A stretch of DNA of 64,000 nt from Vermamoeba vermiformis (Eukaryota): positions 62,001 to 126,000 of the forward strand of contig JBEWZL010000075.1 of NCBI GenBank assembly GCA_045837725.1. The letters are read 5' to 3'. Position numbers and translations under genes: made by a program. This document shows, one piece after another, positions 30,130 to 43,400 of this stretch. Below the pieces are notes generated by a model that did not search any database, was not told the origin of the DNA, and worked only from the letters and a program-made list of their open reading frames with translations. Numbering within the stretch: the stretch's first letter is position 1; each line of letters begins with the position of its first letter.

Positions 30130-31952
30130 CTACCAGTGAATGCGGCGTTTGAATGAAAAACTGCGCCACACGCCATACTTCTTGCTGTTCTCGTGCAATA
30201 TCATAGCGAGTATGAATTGCAATATCCAGATGTGCACAAAGGCAAAGCTAATGTACGAGAAGTAGCCCTGGAGATAGCAACAGATCAAGAGCTGGAACAA
30301 AAACACGGGGAAGTAGACGAGTTGCAGGCCAAAATAGCTCGAGAGACTTTCTTTGCTGAACTGACGGTAGCAGACCAACAAGAAGAGCACGAGCACGACT
30401 TCAATCATCCACATTGGCGAGAAGATAGTCCACCAGCTAGTCTCAGTCAGTGCCACGCGATCAAGACGCAATGCGAGGGCGAGTAGAAACGACTGGAAGC
30501 ACAGATAGACGAGCACACTCACTGCCACATACACCACGCGCTGTCGAGCACTGGCCAAGCGAATGATGTCCTTGCAGATGCCGCACAACAGCACCGTGAA
30601 GAAGGTGAACAGCGGCGTCAGAACAGCCACCCACGACCAGCCAGCATTGACGCAGTAGTGGCGCGTGTACTGTGCGAGTGTCACTTCGTGTCCAGCTGTC
30701 AATGCGCCACTTGCAGCAGCACGACACGCGTCAAGTTTGAGCATTAATGTGACTGGGAATGCGAAGAAGAAGCAGCCCAGAGCTATGACCACAATAGCAG
30801 CCTCGAGCGAGTCCATGGTGCTGTAACACAGGGAACTCACCCAGCCACTCACGCGTTCGCGCACGTGTTCGTTGTCGATCAGCCCGCGCATTCTGAAGTA
30901 ACTGATCAGCACCACTGCACTGAGTGTCATGACGCTGAGTGTGATGTATGGAATGAAGATGGAGTAATATGATACTTTGGGCCAGTCAAAGTCGAGTTTG
31001 AGACAAATAAAAATGTAGATCAAGATCCACGAGCTGAAACTGACTGCGTTGTTCATGGGCGAGTTGAATAGTCTAAATAGCTCCATCATAGGCCCCCTTA
31101 ATAAGTCGTTGGCCTTGTGCAGCAGTAGATTTTCTTCGAGGATGAAATCAAACGCGCGAGAGTTCTGTCGTAACAAGTCAGCGGATGTACTTACAAAGAG
31201 TGTGATTTGCTTATTTTTACCTCCGCAGTCACTCTATGTAGTCTCTTTTGAGCGAGCCAGCGATTAGTGATGGTATTTACTCGATAGAAATGCTTCGGAT
31301 CTTTCTCCAAGCAAGCCAATCGCTCCATGTAGCTTTTCTGTTGTTTGAGCTGATCGTACGTGATCGTATCAGGTGATACGTCATCGGTGATATTTAAATC
31401 ACTATCATCGCAGTCTTGTTCGAATACGAGTGTCTTGCCGTCTTTCTTTAGCTCTTCGCTTAGGGCGGATTTGGCCAAATTCCGCCAGACCAAGTGATCG
31501 GAGGCAATTTGGTTCAAAATCTTATTTGATATGGACACTAAAATAGGATATATTAATTTTAAGATTGTTTTTAATCGGGATTAATCACCAATTTAAATGT
31601 CCGGAAAAATAAAACATAAATAAGTCCCACGTTATATTAGATGATGCTAATTAATTTATCTGGAACCCAAATAATATTAATCTGAAAAATAGGCCGGTTG
31701 TGCCAGATTAAGAACTATTTGGTGAATATTATAATATAAAATCGTATTATAATTACCTTCGCATAAAGTTTTGGCATCACATCGTGTAAAAACATGATAT
31801 AATAATATTTCTGTTGGTATATCTAAGATTGAAAGGCCACAAACATCGCTATCTTTCCTATCTGATTCTTTGCTTATTGGCTTGGAGAAATAGCTGCGTT
31901 TAAGCCATTCGAAGAGCAATACTAAGGTTCTATATATTGATGTGACGAACAT
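30130..31952 (-). CDS. F-box protein fused to a TMEM185/TMEM60-like multi-pass membrane domain
   Basis: F-box SILDIPTEILLYHVFTRCDAKTLCE/VSISNK...DHLVWR; repeated LKLD....SYYSIFIP, LKLD...WSWVAVLTP and LRLD....SWWTIFSPMW membrane units. Confidence 0.75.
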
Positions 31953-32339
31953 GCTAATCTGACACTTGTGTCATTCATTGGTCTGCGCCTGTCAAAATAA
32001 ATTGGCCGAAAAATTAAGACCGATCATTATTTGGCGTGACTTTATTGCAAGGCTTGAACTACTACCTCCTCTTCCATTTTTTTGATTTCTCTTCTCGCCA
32101 TGGCCGGATGACATTGCGGCATATGCTTGCTTCACAGAACGCAAAAGTATACTTTGCACTCAAATGCGCCAAACAACGCGCGTGTCGGTTTTGCCATTTT
32201 TTAATTCGCACTTGAGAGAAGAGAGTGCTTGAAGGTTGGTAGAGGTAATTAATTATTTGCTGCGTTAGATATTTAGCTCGAACTGTGCAGCCGATTTTGA
32301 CTGGCAGTACCTAACGCTTTATTTAAGTAGGGGCTTTAA

Positions 32340-33192
32340 ATGGAGATTGAAGTTGGATTTAAAACAATGTTGGTGGATTTTATTATTAAATTAGACGTCG
32401 ATTATGACCAAGAATTGAAACAATTCGGAAAAAGTTACAACGAGCTTTTGCTTTTCTACAAAGAACAATTTACAACAATATTTGAGGATAATCTCGAAAT
32501 ATTGCATATATTACCAGGATCCTTCGTAGCCTTATGCAAGCTAGAACAAAATCTTCGGGATGTGCTGCAAATTGTGGCCGCGAACCAGTTCGTGCTTCCA
32601 CTTGCGCACAACAAAGGACAAACGACTCGAATATTATCGATAGATTGTTGGGTGGATGGAGGGATGCGGAAAATTCTATCTGAAAGCGAAATAGTGAGGG
32701 TTCTTGAAATGTTGCCCTCGGTAAGAGGCATGGTCGTTAAGGAGGTATTAATTATCACTTTAGGAACACACACTGATATCACAAACATCTTTTCCTGCTC
32801 CTGAACCGGGAATAGCACTCAACAGGTCCCAAAGACTAAGTGCAGAAGTGGATCCGTACCGTTCATTTGTTGAGGCAATGGACCCAGACGAATTTGACGT
32901 CCCTCTGTCCAAGCTCAAAACCATCCCTTCAATTTGGCGTCGAAAAATGAAGGACCTAGCAGAGAAGTTAAGAACCAGCACCATGAGTGATGACGATTGG
33001 ACTGCACTAGCCCTGGTGCGCATCACAAGAGAACAAGCTGTCATTTCATGGCGCAAATATTTGACAGCAAAATACTCGCCTAACCCTCCACTGCAACCAT
33101 CATTGGAGGGCCTTGGTGTCCTTCACCATCTTTGGTCAGTACAACGAAAATTGGCCTTGATTCCCTTGTATCTCGATAACAATAAAGTCTGA
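32340..33192 (+). CDS. Hypothetical protein (about 270 aa)
   Basis: ORFs 32340.. and 32848.. join in frame through a 43-nt GT-AG intron at 32721-32763; no recognisable domain. Confidence 0.6.
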
Positions 33193-33345
33193 CACTTTAT
33201 TTGCCCAGTCTGATCTATGGCAGGTTTGTTCAGGCCTTGACAAGCAATGGCTACGGCTCTCTTCTGTTTTGACTAACCAAGCCAATGTTGTTGATCGATC
33301 AGACCAGAGCCAAGGTACGCTTCACTTGCACTACCACAAGACTTA

Positions 33346-33909
33346 TCACACGACTGAACTGCCTGTTCTAAGGCGAGGGGAGAGTGGTGGTACGTCATCA
33401 GGTGGTGGCAGCCACTCGAGCGGGAACAATGTCTTGTTGTTGAGTAGCTCTGTCTCCACAAGAGGTTTGAGCACTGAACTGACCTACGTAGATAAAGCAG
33501 TATTAGCATTGACAATAACAACACGTGCATCGATATCACTGCCTGGACTTACTTGTACGAAATGTTTCACTTTGAGGGGTGGTGGGACATAATCCACAAC
33601 TGCTCTGTTGCCACTGCCCTCACTAGGCACAAACAATACTGCGGATGTTTGATGTCTAGTCATGCCAGGTGGACCTTTGAGGTCGTGTGGCTGTGCTACC
33701 GTTGCTTGATCTGGCGGTGGGGGAATATCGCCACGTAATATCATTTGCTTCTCGAAACAATGCCCAGACCACACTTTAGGACGTGTTAAATCGACACGCG
33801 GCGATGATTGCAACTGATTGGGCTGCTCGGCTGACTTGCCTTGTGGATTTGACGGTCGACGTAGCGAACCAATGGTAAATGATGCACCACGCGGCGGGTC
33901 TGCAGACAT
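33346..33909 (-). CDS. Hypothetical proline-rich protein
   Basis: ORF MSADPPRG...HFVQ, GTAAG donor, TAG acceptor, then VSSVLKPL...GSSVV*; upstream exons possible. Confidence 0.45.
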
Positions 33910-34464
33910 CTTTTAAACCCAAATATATGTTTATTAGTATAGCGTAATTACTACAGTAAGATGATAAAGCTAAAAGCAGTAATTTGAATTTAGTGAATAA
34001 AAATTATTGTAGAGAAATATTTGTTATGACGCAGTAGGTAAATTAGTAGAAAAATTAATACAGTTCCGAACCGTTATTATTATTGTTAATAAAAGCTTCA
34101 CAACTTACCTTGCGAAAATTAAACTGCTGGGCTAGCTCTGAGCTTGCTAGGACTAGAATGCGAAGAACCCGCTAACGAGGTCAAAACTCTACAATGAGTT
34201 GTAGTTGTAGTGCACAGTAGCTTTAAGAATGAAGACAAATCTTTCCGGTTTACGCACCGTTAAATAAATTCCAGCTTCCTTTTTAGGCCAACTGTACTCG
34301 CAGGCTTACTGTGACCAACCTAAACCTGTTGTTACTTCTCAACCCTATTGTTTGCACTGAACGATCATTTGCGCAAGAGCCCGGGAACTGCAATAGAAAA
34401 CAATTACTGCAGAAAGTTTCAGTTGTCTCGTTCAAGTAGTGTCAAACACCACAACAGCCATAAA

Positions 34465-35077
34465 ATGAATCAAGAAGAGGACGCAGATAAATTACAGTTC
34501 GGCAAAGGTATAGTAGGACGATGAGCATCACACTCCGGTCGGGCTAACAGATCGCCTTTTTTCAGATTTCAACGAAGCGATTACATTATTTATTTCTGAA
34601 GTGGCCATTCCACTCGAATTTAAACAAAAACAAAGCGAGGATAATGAATTTAACGAGTAAGTGGCTCTTTGAATTAAAATAATTATTTGCTTATTTTTCA
34701 TAATTTTCTGTAATTATTCTTTGGCTGTTTTCAATTTTTTAATGGATTGCTAACGATATTATAGTGTCTTTGATAAAACTCTAGAATATACACAACGATT
34801 CAATCGATACAAAAATAAAGCTACAGTCGACCAAGTACGATTGTAAGTAGATGCGTCGAGAAACAACACTGTACTACGACATTAATATTAATATGATGAA
34901 TACAGATTGTTAAATAAGCACCCAGAGTTTCATAAATTCGAGATTGCGCAGATCGCCAATCTGTGTCCCGAGACAGCAGACGAAGCGATGGCGCTGATCC
35001 CTAGTCTGCACAAACACGATCCAGATGTGATTCAGTCCATATTGGAGGACTTGTCGCGGTTTAGAAAGTTCAACTAG
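34465..35077 (+). CDS. POLR2D: RNA polymerase II subunit RPB4
   Basis: Spliced MNQEEDADKLQFGKDF...LFISEV...VFDKTLEYTQRF...FHKFEIAQIANLCPETADEAMALIPSL; three introns; absent from the ORF track. Confidence 0.95.
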
Positions 35078-35627
35078 ACCTCGCTACTGCATTCGTGACT
35101 TTGTAACCTTAATAACACCGAACTAAACCTGCTCTTCTTGTAAAGACCGAGTCCTCTGTATTAACAGTATTGTAGCACTACTATAGCGATACTCGAAATT
35201 GTGGTGCTAGGCAAAATCCGGAATCCACCCTCGGGGTTTTGATTCCTCAGCCTGAAAAATCTATTTAGATAACGATCCTTGCAACACAGTGGTACGGAAG
35301 TGGTTAATGATTCAGAAATTACGTTGTGCGCTTCATCTGCATCCGAATTAAGCGTTATGTTTCAGCAAGTACTCAGAACAACTGTCGACGCTGCCCCTAG
35401 CTTGGATAGCACCAGTATATATCTTCCCTAATATAGTGAGTCTTCTGGGCATTCAAACTTTGCGTGTATCTCGCCGGGAGCTCGTGGTCTAAAAAAAACA
35501 AAACCAGCTGAAATAATTACTAATTCGTTCGTCGGTGTAACACACACGAGGAAGACCCTTATTTGTTTGACGAGATCACCAAGTTAATTGGATTATTAAA
35601 GAGTCTTCAAAGATCTAGTTTACGTCG

Positions 35628-38405
35628 ATGCAGTTTTGGAAAGACTTTTCGTTCCCTTCTCCAATTGATGATATATTGAAGCAAGGTGACTTCGACCTCG
35701 AGGAATTATTGGACGAAGATGAAGTCATTCAAGAGACTCGAAATCATAAGAAGGAATTAATAGAATAGTATCCAAAACCAAACCTAATTCTGATGCGCTA
35801 GATCGCTCTATTGATTGATTATTTACATGTTAAAAATTATTTCCCTTAACTTTTTATTCTAGTCTTGCTAAACCAGAAACTCTACACCGTTTACTTGATT
35901 TGATCACCGTCGAACCAGCCGAAGATGCTGGAGAAAAAGAACGATTTAGGTGAGTATACCTTTGATATTATCTACATTAGTATTATATTACAGTTACAGC
36001 TGCTGAATGTGATTAGTATTGCAATTAACCAAAGATTTTGGTTGCGGCTCCACAATCCGGCAGTTTTTTAATATTTTAAATTGCTCCGATAATATATAAA
36101 TATGTAGTGATAAATAACAATCTCGCTATAATCGTATTTATTTATTATACATCAATTGATTAAGCGTTAGGAAATTTAAAATTTCCTCTTCTCACGATCT
36201 GACCGTTTTTTATTGCAACACAGATACCCCGCTATTGTTTGCGAATTATTATGTTCAGAAGTCGAGGAGATGGACAATCAAGTCGTCAACAATGCCGAGT
36301 ATTTTGATAAGTTATTCGATTTTTTCAACAAGGACAAAGTCAATCCATTCCTTGCAACTTTTGTTTGCCGCGTTGCAAGCTGCTATTTATTGGTTAAGCC
36401 TAAAGAGGTACGCATTATATTATTTTAGCAATATCGAGTCAAAACAATCGATTTTAATTATTTTTGTAAAGACGATCACGTACATGAAAAACAAGGCCGG
36501 TTTTATCGATAATTTCTTCCGCCATTTGGACGTGGGTGCTGTCACTGAATTTTTGACGAAATTGATCAACTTGGAGACTCAACCTGAAGGTGCTGGCACT
36601 CTCGACGTAAGTGTTGTAGCTACACATGGATCTGCAATTTAAATGAATAATTTCTGCAATTAAATAGCAAGAATAACATATATTAATATTTTCTCTATTT
36701 AACAGTGGTTGAGCGAGCAAGAATTCATTCGAAAGATTATTCGCAAGTTCGACGTCCAATTTGTTCACGTGAGTACTTTTAATGCTGCTAAAAATAGCAC
36801 TCAATGCCTCAATGTCACGGCCGTACTGACGCGCTGTTAGATGCACTCGGATGTGGCCCAAACACTGTTAGACATCATCTCAGTCTCCTCGCCCAATTCA
36901 CCGCTGTTGACACAACTGGCCAATGAAGACACGATGCGATTGTTGTTCGATCTCATGCTCTCACCCACTTCTGGCTCCAGCTCTGCCATTCACTATGGCC
37001 TCTCAGTGCTGATTGGTCTCATTATCCCCATTGGCTCTTTGTTGGACGAGAGTGACACTGAAGGTGACAGCGACGATGAAGGTGACAAACAGAAGGCTGA
37101 AGTCACCATGGAGAACTTGCCGGCCTGGATCCGCTTGTTGCTGGACAAATTGGCGGACTTGAAGAACGTGCTCTTGAACCCCACTGTAAGTAGCGTGCTG
37201 TTGCGGTGTTGTATTCGATTTGTGTTGACTGATGGCCCATAGAATGCTCCGCAATTCAATCTGCCGAGTGGTAACTTGAAGAAGGCATTTGGCATGGACC
37301 GAATCAAGATTTTGGAGTACATTGATGCCTTGTTGGGCTTCCAATCAAAGCCCGTCGACAAAGTCATTTTGGATCACGATTTAATCTCAGTCATCATGGT
37401 ACGCGAGCTGAATACATGAGTCTCGTGCGTGGTGTTAATAATGGATTTTATTAGGACCTTTTCTTCGAATATGAATGGAACACTTTTATTCAAAACATTG
37501 CGCAGAGCATTATTGAACACATTTTGGACGACGATCACGATGAATTGCGCGAATCAGTAAGTCAACAATCAACACGTCTAGTACTCTGTATGATTGCTAA
37601 TAACGTGTCTCCAGTTATTTTCAAAAACCAAGCTTATTGACCGCATTATCAATGGCGAGCGAGCGAACAAAGAAATCGAAGCCAAGCCACAAGGTGTTCG
37701 TCGCGCGTACATGGGACACTTGCTGAACATTGCCGAGAAGTTGAAAGAGTCCTCTGAACACGACGACGTTGTCCGACAACACTTGGCTTGTACGTACTCG
37801 TATTCTCCCTGTCAATAGTAGTCGTGACTAACGCTGTTATTGCAGCACACCCGAGCTGGAATGAGTTCGTGTCCGGCCCATTGACCGTGAAAGAAGCACG
37901 CGAGGCCATCACACTGGGCGGTGCACAACCACGCAGCTCAGACCGATACTTGCCCGATCAAGACATTGCACAGCTCGGTCGTTCACTCTCTGGCGGTGGT
38001 TTCCAGGGCCTGTTAGACCTCTCCAAGTACGTCTTGTTGTCGCGTGACACGTGTCATGTAGTGTGTTCTAACGCTTGTTGTTTGACAGCTACGCCAATTA
38101 CAACCAAGACGACGAGGACGATGATGACGATCAAGACGGCGATGACGACGATGATGACGATGACGACGACAATCAAGATGACGAACACGATGTAAGTAGT
38201 CACTATAATAATAATAACCATCAGTCATAATGATGTTGTCGGACAAATGCTGGATCTGCTCGTACTAACTGCTGCTTTGTAGTTGATTGAAGAAGAAGGA
38301 GACGACGATGTAGATATGGACAGCGACACTGACGGCGAGGACTACGACACAGAACAGTCAGAAGTGTTGTTGACGAAACAGGAGATTGAGGCCATTGAAA
38401 TATAA
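35628..38405 (+). CDS. SAPS-domain protein (SIT4-associated / PP6 regulatory subunit)
   Basis: MQFWK...SPIDDIL...LEELLDEDEVIQE; RYPAIVCELL; FGMDRIKILE; DLFFEYEWNTF; RRAYMGHLLNIA; acidic tail. Confidence 0.92.
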
Positions 38406-38758
38406 ATAACAAACTAGAACGAACTTTGGCTGAGATCCAGAAAATTAAGTTATTGAAATTTTTAGTTTGAAAAGCGCTGTACAAATATAAAGCAAATATA
38501 CATTACTCAATGTCTTTAAGTTGTGCATTTCCAATTTCGGTCTGGCTGCTCTTCCACAGTCGAACCAGAAATCAGCGAACACCAACGCGGGAGGCGGAGG
38601 TCCAGCTGAGATTTCGCGTTCAGCGATCAGACTTTTTGTGGAACTTCGCAGTTTGATTATTAAGACTTAGTTTACTGCGAGTTTTGTCCTGTTTTTTTTA
38701 TATCACTGCTCCGCGACACCACAGGTTGGAAACTACCTTTTCAAGTTCGTAAAGTATC

Positions 38759-40411
38759 ATGTTATTATCAACCGTAGTGAAGAAGTCGCGGAGTTGGTGT
38801 GCTCACTTGATAAACAGATCGCGCAGATCAGATCGGTAAGGGATCCACCAAGTTAAATTACATAATAAAAATAATATACTATTATTATATCAATCACTAC
38901 AGTTTTTCTCCGTTTGGGAGTTGGAATATTATATATTAAATTATCAAAATTAATAAAATTCTTGCGATCAGGCGGTCGTTGCACAGCGCACTAATGACAG
39001 ATGAATATTTATTCGATAAAATACGACCAGAACTACGCGGAAAAAAGAAGAGTGATATTTCAGTTATTGTTGGACTGTCTGGCGGCGTCGATTCATCAGT
39101 TTCAGCTTATTTACTACAAAAACAAGTAATAATGGAGTGACCCTTTTTAAAACAACAAAAATTCTGACCAGATCCACATCGTTAGGGCTACAAAGTTCGC
39201 GGTTTGTACATGCGCAATTGGTCTGAAGCAGAAGAGGGCTATTGTTCCGCACCCGATGACATGGAGCAGATCGATCGAGTCTGCAAGCACTTAAATATAC
39301 CCTATGATATAGTACGCGAAAGATGTGCCTTGTTAGGGGTCAGATCTGACACGCCTTTTTAGGTCAATTTGGAAAAAGAATACTGGAACCTCGTGTTTCA
39401 ACCAGCACTGCTCGACTATCAGCGCGGTGTCACTCCCAACCCCGATGTCGCGTGCAATCGCGAGATCAAGTTCAAACACTTCATGAACTACGCACTGCAG
39501 CACTTCAACGCTGATTTTGTCGCGACAGGACATTACTGTCGCACTGGCATTGATCTCCACACCGCGCGCTGTCAACTGTGGCGTGCTGTCGATCAGACTA
39601 AAGATCAAACGTACTTCTTGAACCAAGTGTCGCACGAGGTATGCCACAACATTGACAAGTTGACACGTGTCAGGTACTGACCGGTGTCAAACAGGCCCTA
39701 GCACGCGCGATATTTCCAGTGGGTGGCATGCACAAGACTGAAGTGCGTGCCTTGGCCAAGAGTGTTGGACTCGCCAATGCTGAGCGCAAAGACTCAGTCG
39801 GCGTGTGCTTCATTGGCAAACGCAAGTTCGACGACTTCTTGTCGCAATATGTGCACGCCACTCCTGGCAGATTTCAGTCAATGGAAGGCCAAGATCTTGG
39901 CGAGCACAAAGGTGCAGTGTATTACACTGTGGGCCAACGTGCTGCCATTCCTGGGGCCAAACAGAAGTACGTCCGCACTCAAGTTTGATAAGCACTTTCA
40001 TCTAATGTCCGTCATAGGCAATACATTGTAGGCAAAGACATGGAGAAGAATTTGGTGTATGTAGTGAGTGGTGCTAATCACCCTGCACTGTTCTCGGACG
40101 AGTTGACAACCAGACACTTTTCTTGGATTGGAAGTGCTCCTCCAGTTGAATTGCTACAAAAGGGCTCGATGAAGTGTAACTACAAAGTGCGTTACAGACT
40201 CAATTATGGCTCGTGCACTGTGTACCTGCCAGATCCATCTAAGCCTGAAGTGGTGAAGGTGTGCTTTGACATTCCGCAGCGAGGAGTGACGCCACAACAG
40301 TACGTGGTGCTGTACAAAGATGAAGTGTGTCTCGGAGGCGGGTCCATTGATGAGCCAGGACCCTCGTACTACCACCTCAAAAAGGAAGTCCCTACCTTAA
40401 TTTGTGAATAA
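38759..40411 (+). CDS. TRMU: Mitochondrial tRNA 2-thiouridylase MnmA/TRMU
   Basis: Basic presequence-like exon 1; GLSGGVDS; GLYMRNW; TPNPDVACNREIKF; ATGHY; KDQTYFL; DSVGVCFIG; YTVGQR; QRGVTPQQ. Confidence 0.95.
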
Positions 40412-40471
40412 ATCTGTGCTATTAGAATCGACAATTTTACATTTATTCAGCGTGCGCATAGTTACAAAGGA

Positions 40472-43400
40472 TTAGAACTCGTAGTCAGGGTCCTTTTCAA
40501 CCTCCTCAAATGCCCAAGGGAACTTTTCACGAATGGTCTTGGTGAACACCTTGTTGATGCTCAAATTCATCTTCTTGCACCAAGCAATTACAATACGAGG
40601 GTCGATGTAATTCGTCTTCGAGGTGCCGAGAGCAATTTCTTTGTTGGCATCTTTGTCTTGTTTGCGCAACTCGGTGGCCTTAATACGAGCCTCAATCTTC
40701 TCAATCGCAGCTTTGATCTTCTCAGGATCGCTGGGCAACTTCTTTTTCTTGGGCGTGTCTTCGTCACCCTTTTTGGCCTTCTTCTTGGGGGACTCATCTT
40801 CGTCAGAGGACTCGTCGCTGACTTCATCTCTCTTCCGCTTCTTGCCCTTCTTGTCAGAACCGCCGCCATTGACAGACTTCAAGTGGTCCTTCAACTCTTG
40901 ACGCTGTTCTTTGAGTTCGTTGATCTTGTCGTCAATGCGCTGCATTTGCTCGCCAATGTTCTTAGCCACGGTCTTTTGATGGTTACACAAAATAGCAACT
41001 TGACGGTTGGCATCGTTGAAAGCGATGAGTTTCTGTTCTGGCGTCATCTTTGCCAATTTCTTCTCGTCCAACTTGCCAAGCTCGCGCTCAAGTGTGATGG
41101 AAGCGTTGTAAGTACGGAACACTTTGGCAGTGAGACCCTCCATTTGGTCACTCAAGTATCGGTTGACTGAGTGGGTCTGCAGCCAGGATTATTAATTGTG
41201 CAAACAAAGCTATTAAAGTGCACGACGTACCGTCAATCTGTCAAAGATATCCTCGTCAGCCTTCTTGCTCTTGCAGAATGTCTGCAAGTTCTTGAAGACT
41301 TGCTCGTCCACTTGCACTGAGTTGTGGTATCTCATCGAGTCTTTACCCAAGAACTCGAACTCCACTGTAGTGGGAGGGTGCAGCTTGACGTGCTCAACAC
41401 GCAACGAGCAGCAACCAACTGTATCGGCCTCTTCTTCTTTGTTCTTTTCGTTACCGACACGAAGTGCCAAGCGATCAATAATCCACACTGCGGTAGCACG
41501 TTGTCGGATCATTTCGTCCTTGGAAGTCAAATCAACTTCAATTTGTTTTCTAATCTTGTTGACGCAGTTCTTCAAGCGACGAGCAGTCTCGAACTTCTCA
41601 CGATCCTTGTTGGAACGAATCGAGGAGCTGGGTGCGAACAAGACGTACTTGTTGTCGCCCTTGATGTTCTCTTTCCAAGTTGCGATCCAAGCGACAGTGT
41701 TGTCGTGCACAATAGAGCCCCATTTGTGGCCTTCAGGTGCGTCAGGGACCTTGGCATCTTTGCTCAAGTTCAAAGTGACATCTTCGGGCTGGACGCGGTG
41801 CTTGATCATGCCTGCCTTGGGGTGGTTACCACGACCCAAGAAGAGGCCAGGAGGTTCAATGGTCCAGTTGCCCAATGTCTCTTTACGACCGTCGACAGTT
41901 GCGAAGCCATAGATCTCCTTCAGACGATCCTTCTCTTTCTTCTCGGCAGCTTTCTCTTCTTTGCCACGTGACTTGCGCTTTTCTTGTTGTTCCTTCAAGT
42001 ACTTGAGAATCGGTGTGAAGTCGCACAGCTCGTACTTCTGAATGACGTGAGCTTTCTTGGTGCCCTTAGGATTGAGAATCTTCAACCAGTCAGCGAAGAA
42101 GTTCTTAGCGAATTGAGGCTTTTCAATGTGTGTGGTCTCCAAGTATTTGGCAAAGTATGAGGCGAACTCTTCTTGGATGGGAGTCAGTTCAACTTCTTTG
42201 CCTGCGTACAGCTATTAATGTCTGCTTCTATAATCTCTCAGACTAGTTATAGTACTTACCGTCGTACTTCATCTTTACACCATGCGCGACATAAGCAGGA
42301 GGGAAGTTGACGCCGTTGTGTTCGAGAGTAGTCCACTTAACATCATTCTTCTTGGACTTCTTGCCTGGGGACTTGGTGTTCTTCTTAGCCACACTCTTGC
42401 CGCTGTTGTTCTTTGCCTTCTTCTTGGGTCGTTCATCTTCAGACTCGGAGTCACTCTCGCTTTCACTCGACTCGTCTTGCTTCTTGCGTTTTTTGTTCTC
42501 AGGGACCTTGATGCTCTTCTTCACGGGCGTTTTCTTCTTTTTCACCTCTTCACTGCTTGAAGACTCGCTCTCAGACTCGCTTTCACTCTCGCTCTCAGAC
42601 TCGCTTTCGGATTCGCTCTCGCTCTCGGATTCACTCTCGGATTCGCTCTCCGACTCGCTGCTCTCGCTCAACACGACGTTCTTGCGCTTAGGTGTAGACT
42701 TGGGTGTAGGCTTGGCTTTAGGTGTAGCAGGCTTGCTTGCAACTTTTGCAGGGCTTTTGTCTTGGGCAACAAGATCCAAGAGCGTGGTAGCGTCGTCTTT
42801 CTTGGCAGCGCCATTGGTCTTCTCGGTCTTCACTGCAGGCTTGTCGCTAGGCTTGGCAGGAGTCTTGGCCTCAGCACTCTTCTCGGCTGTTTTCGCCGGG
42901 GTCTTTGCAGCATCAGCGGATGTTTCTTTTTTAACCAAGGCGCTCAGGGGCAAGTCGTCAGCAGCCTTCTTAGCGTCGTCTTTCTTTGCAGGAGTAGTGG
43001 GCGAGTCGGCCTTGGCTTTAGCAGGTTCTTTCTTAACGTCGTCTTTGACGGCTGTGGGTTTCTCTAAATATCAACCAAAATTAGACAAGCACGAAAAACT
43101 AGCCGGTACGGAAGGTAAAAAGAGGCCCAGGTAGTTCGGAGGTAAAGCGTCTGTATATTGAACGACTAATATTGAGTAAATGAATTGTCCGAACTAAAAA
43201 TATTGGTTGCAGTTTCAGAAAAAGACAAGTTTCAGATTCAAATTTAAATGAGTTCTACGATAACACAGTAACTTACTTTCTGTATCTTGCTTCTTAGCCT
43301 CTGGTTTATTATCCTTTGCGGCCGGGGTCGAAGGTGATTTCTTAACTTCATCTTTTTTTGCGGGAGTTTTACTAGATTCTCCAGATGTCGCCTTGGGAGC

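Noticed and set aside
35473-35492. GCCGGGAGCTCGTGGTCTAA resembling a tRNA 5' end / A box
   Set aside because: No B box, anticodon arm or acceptor-stem partner follows.
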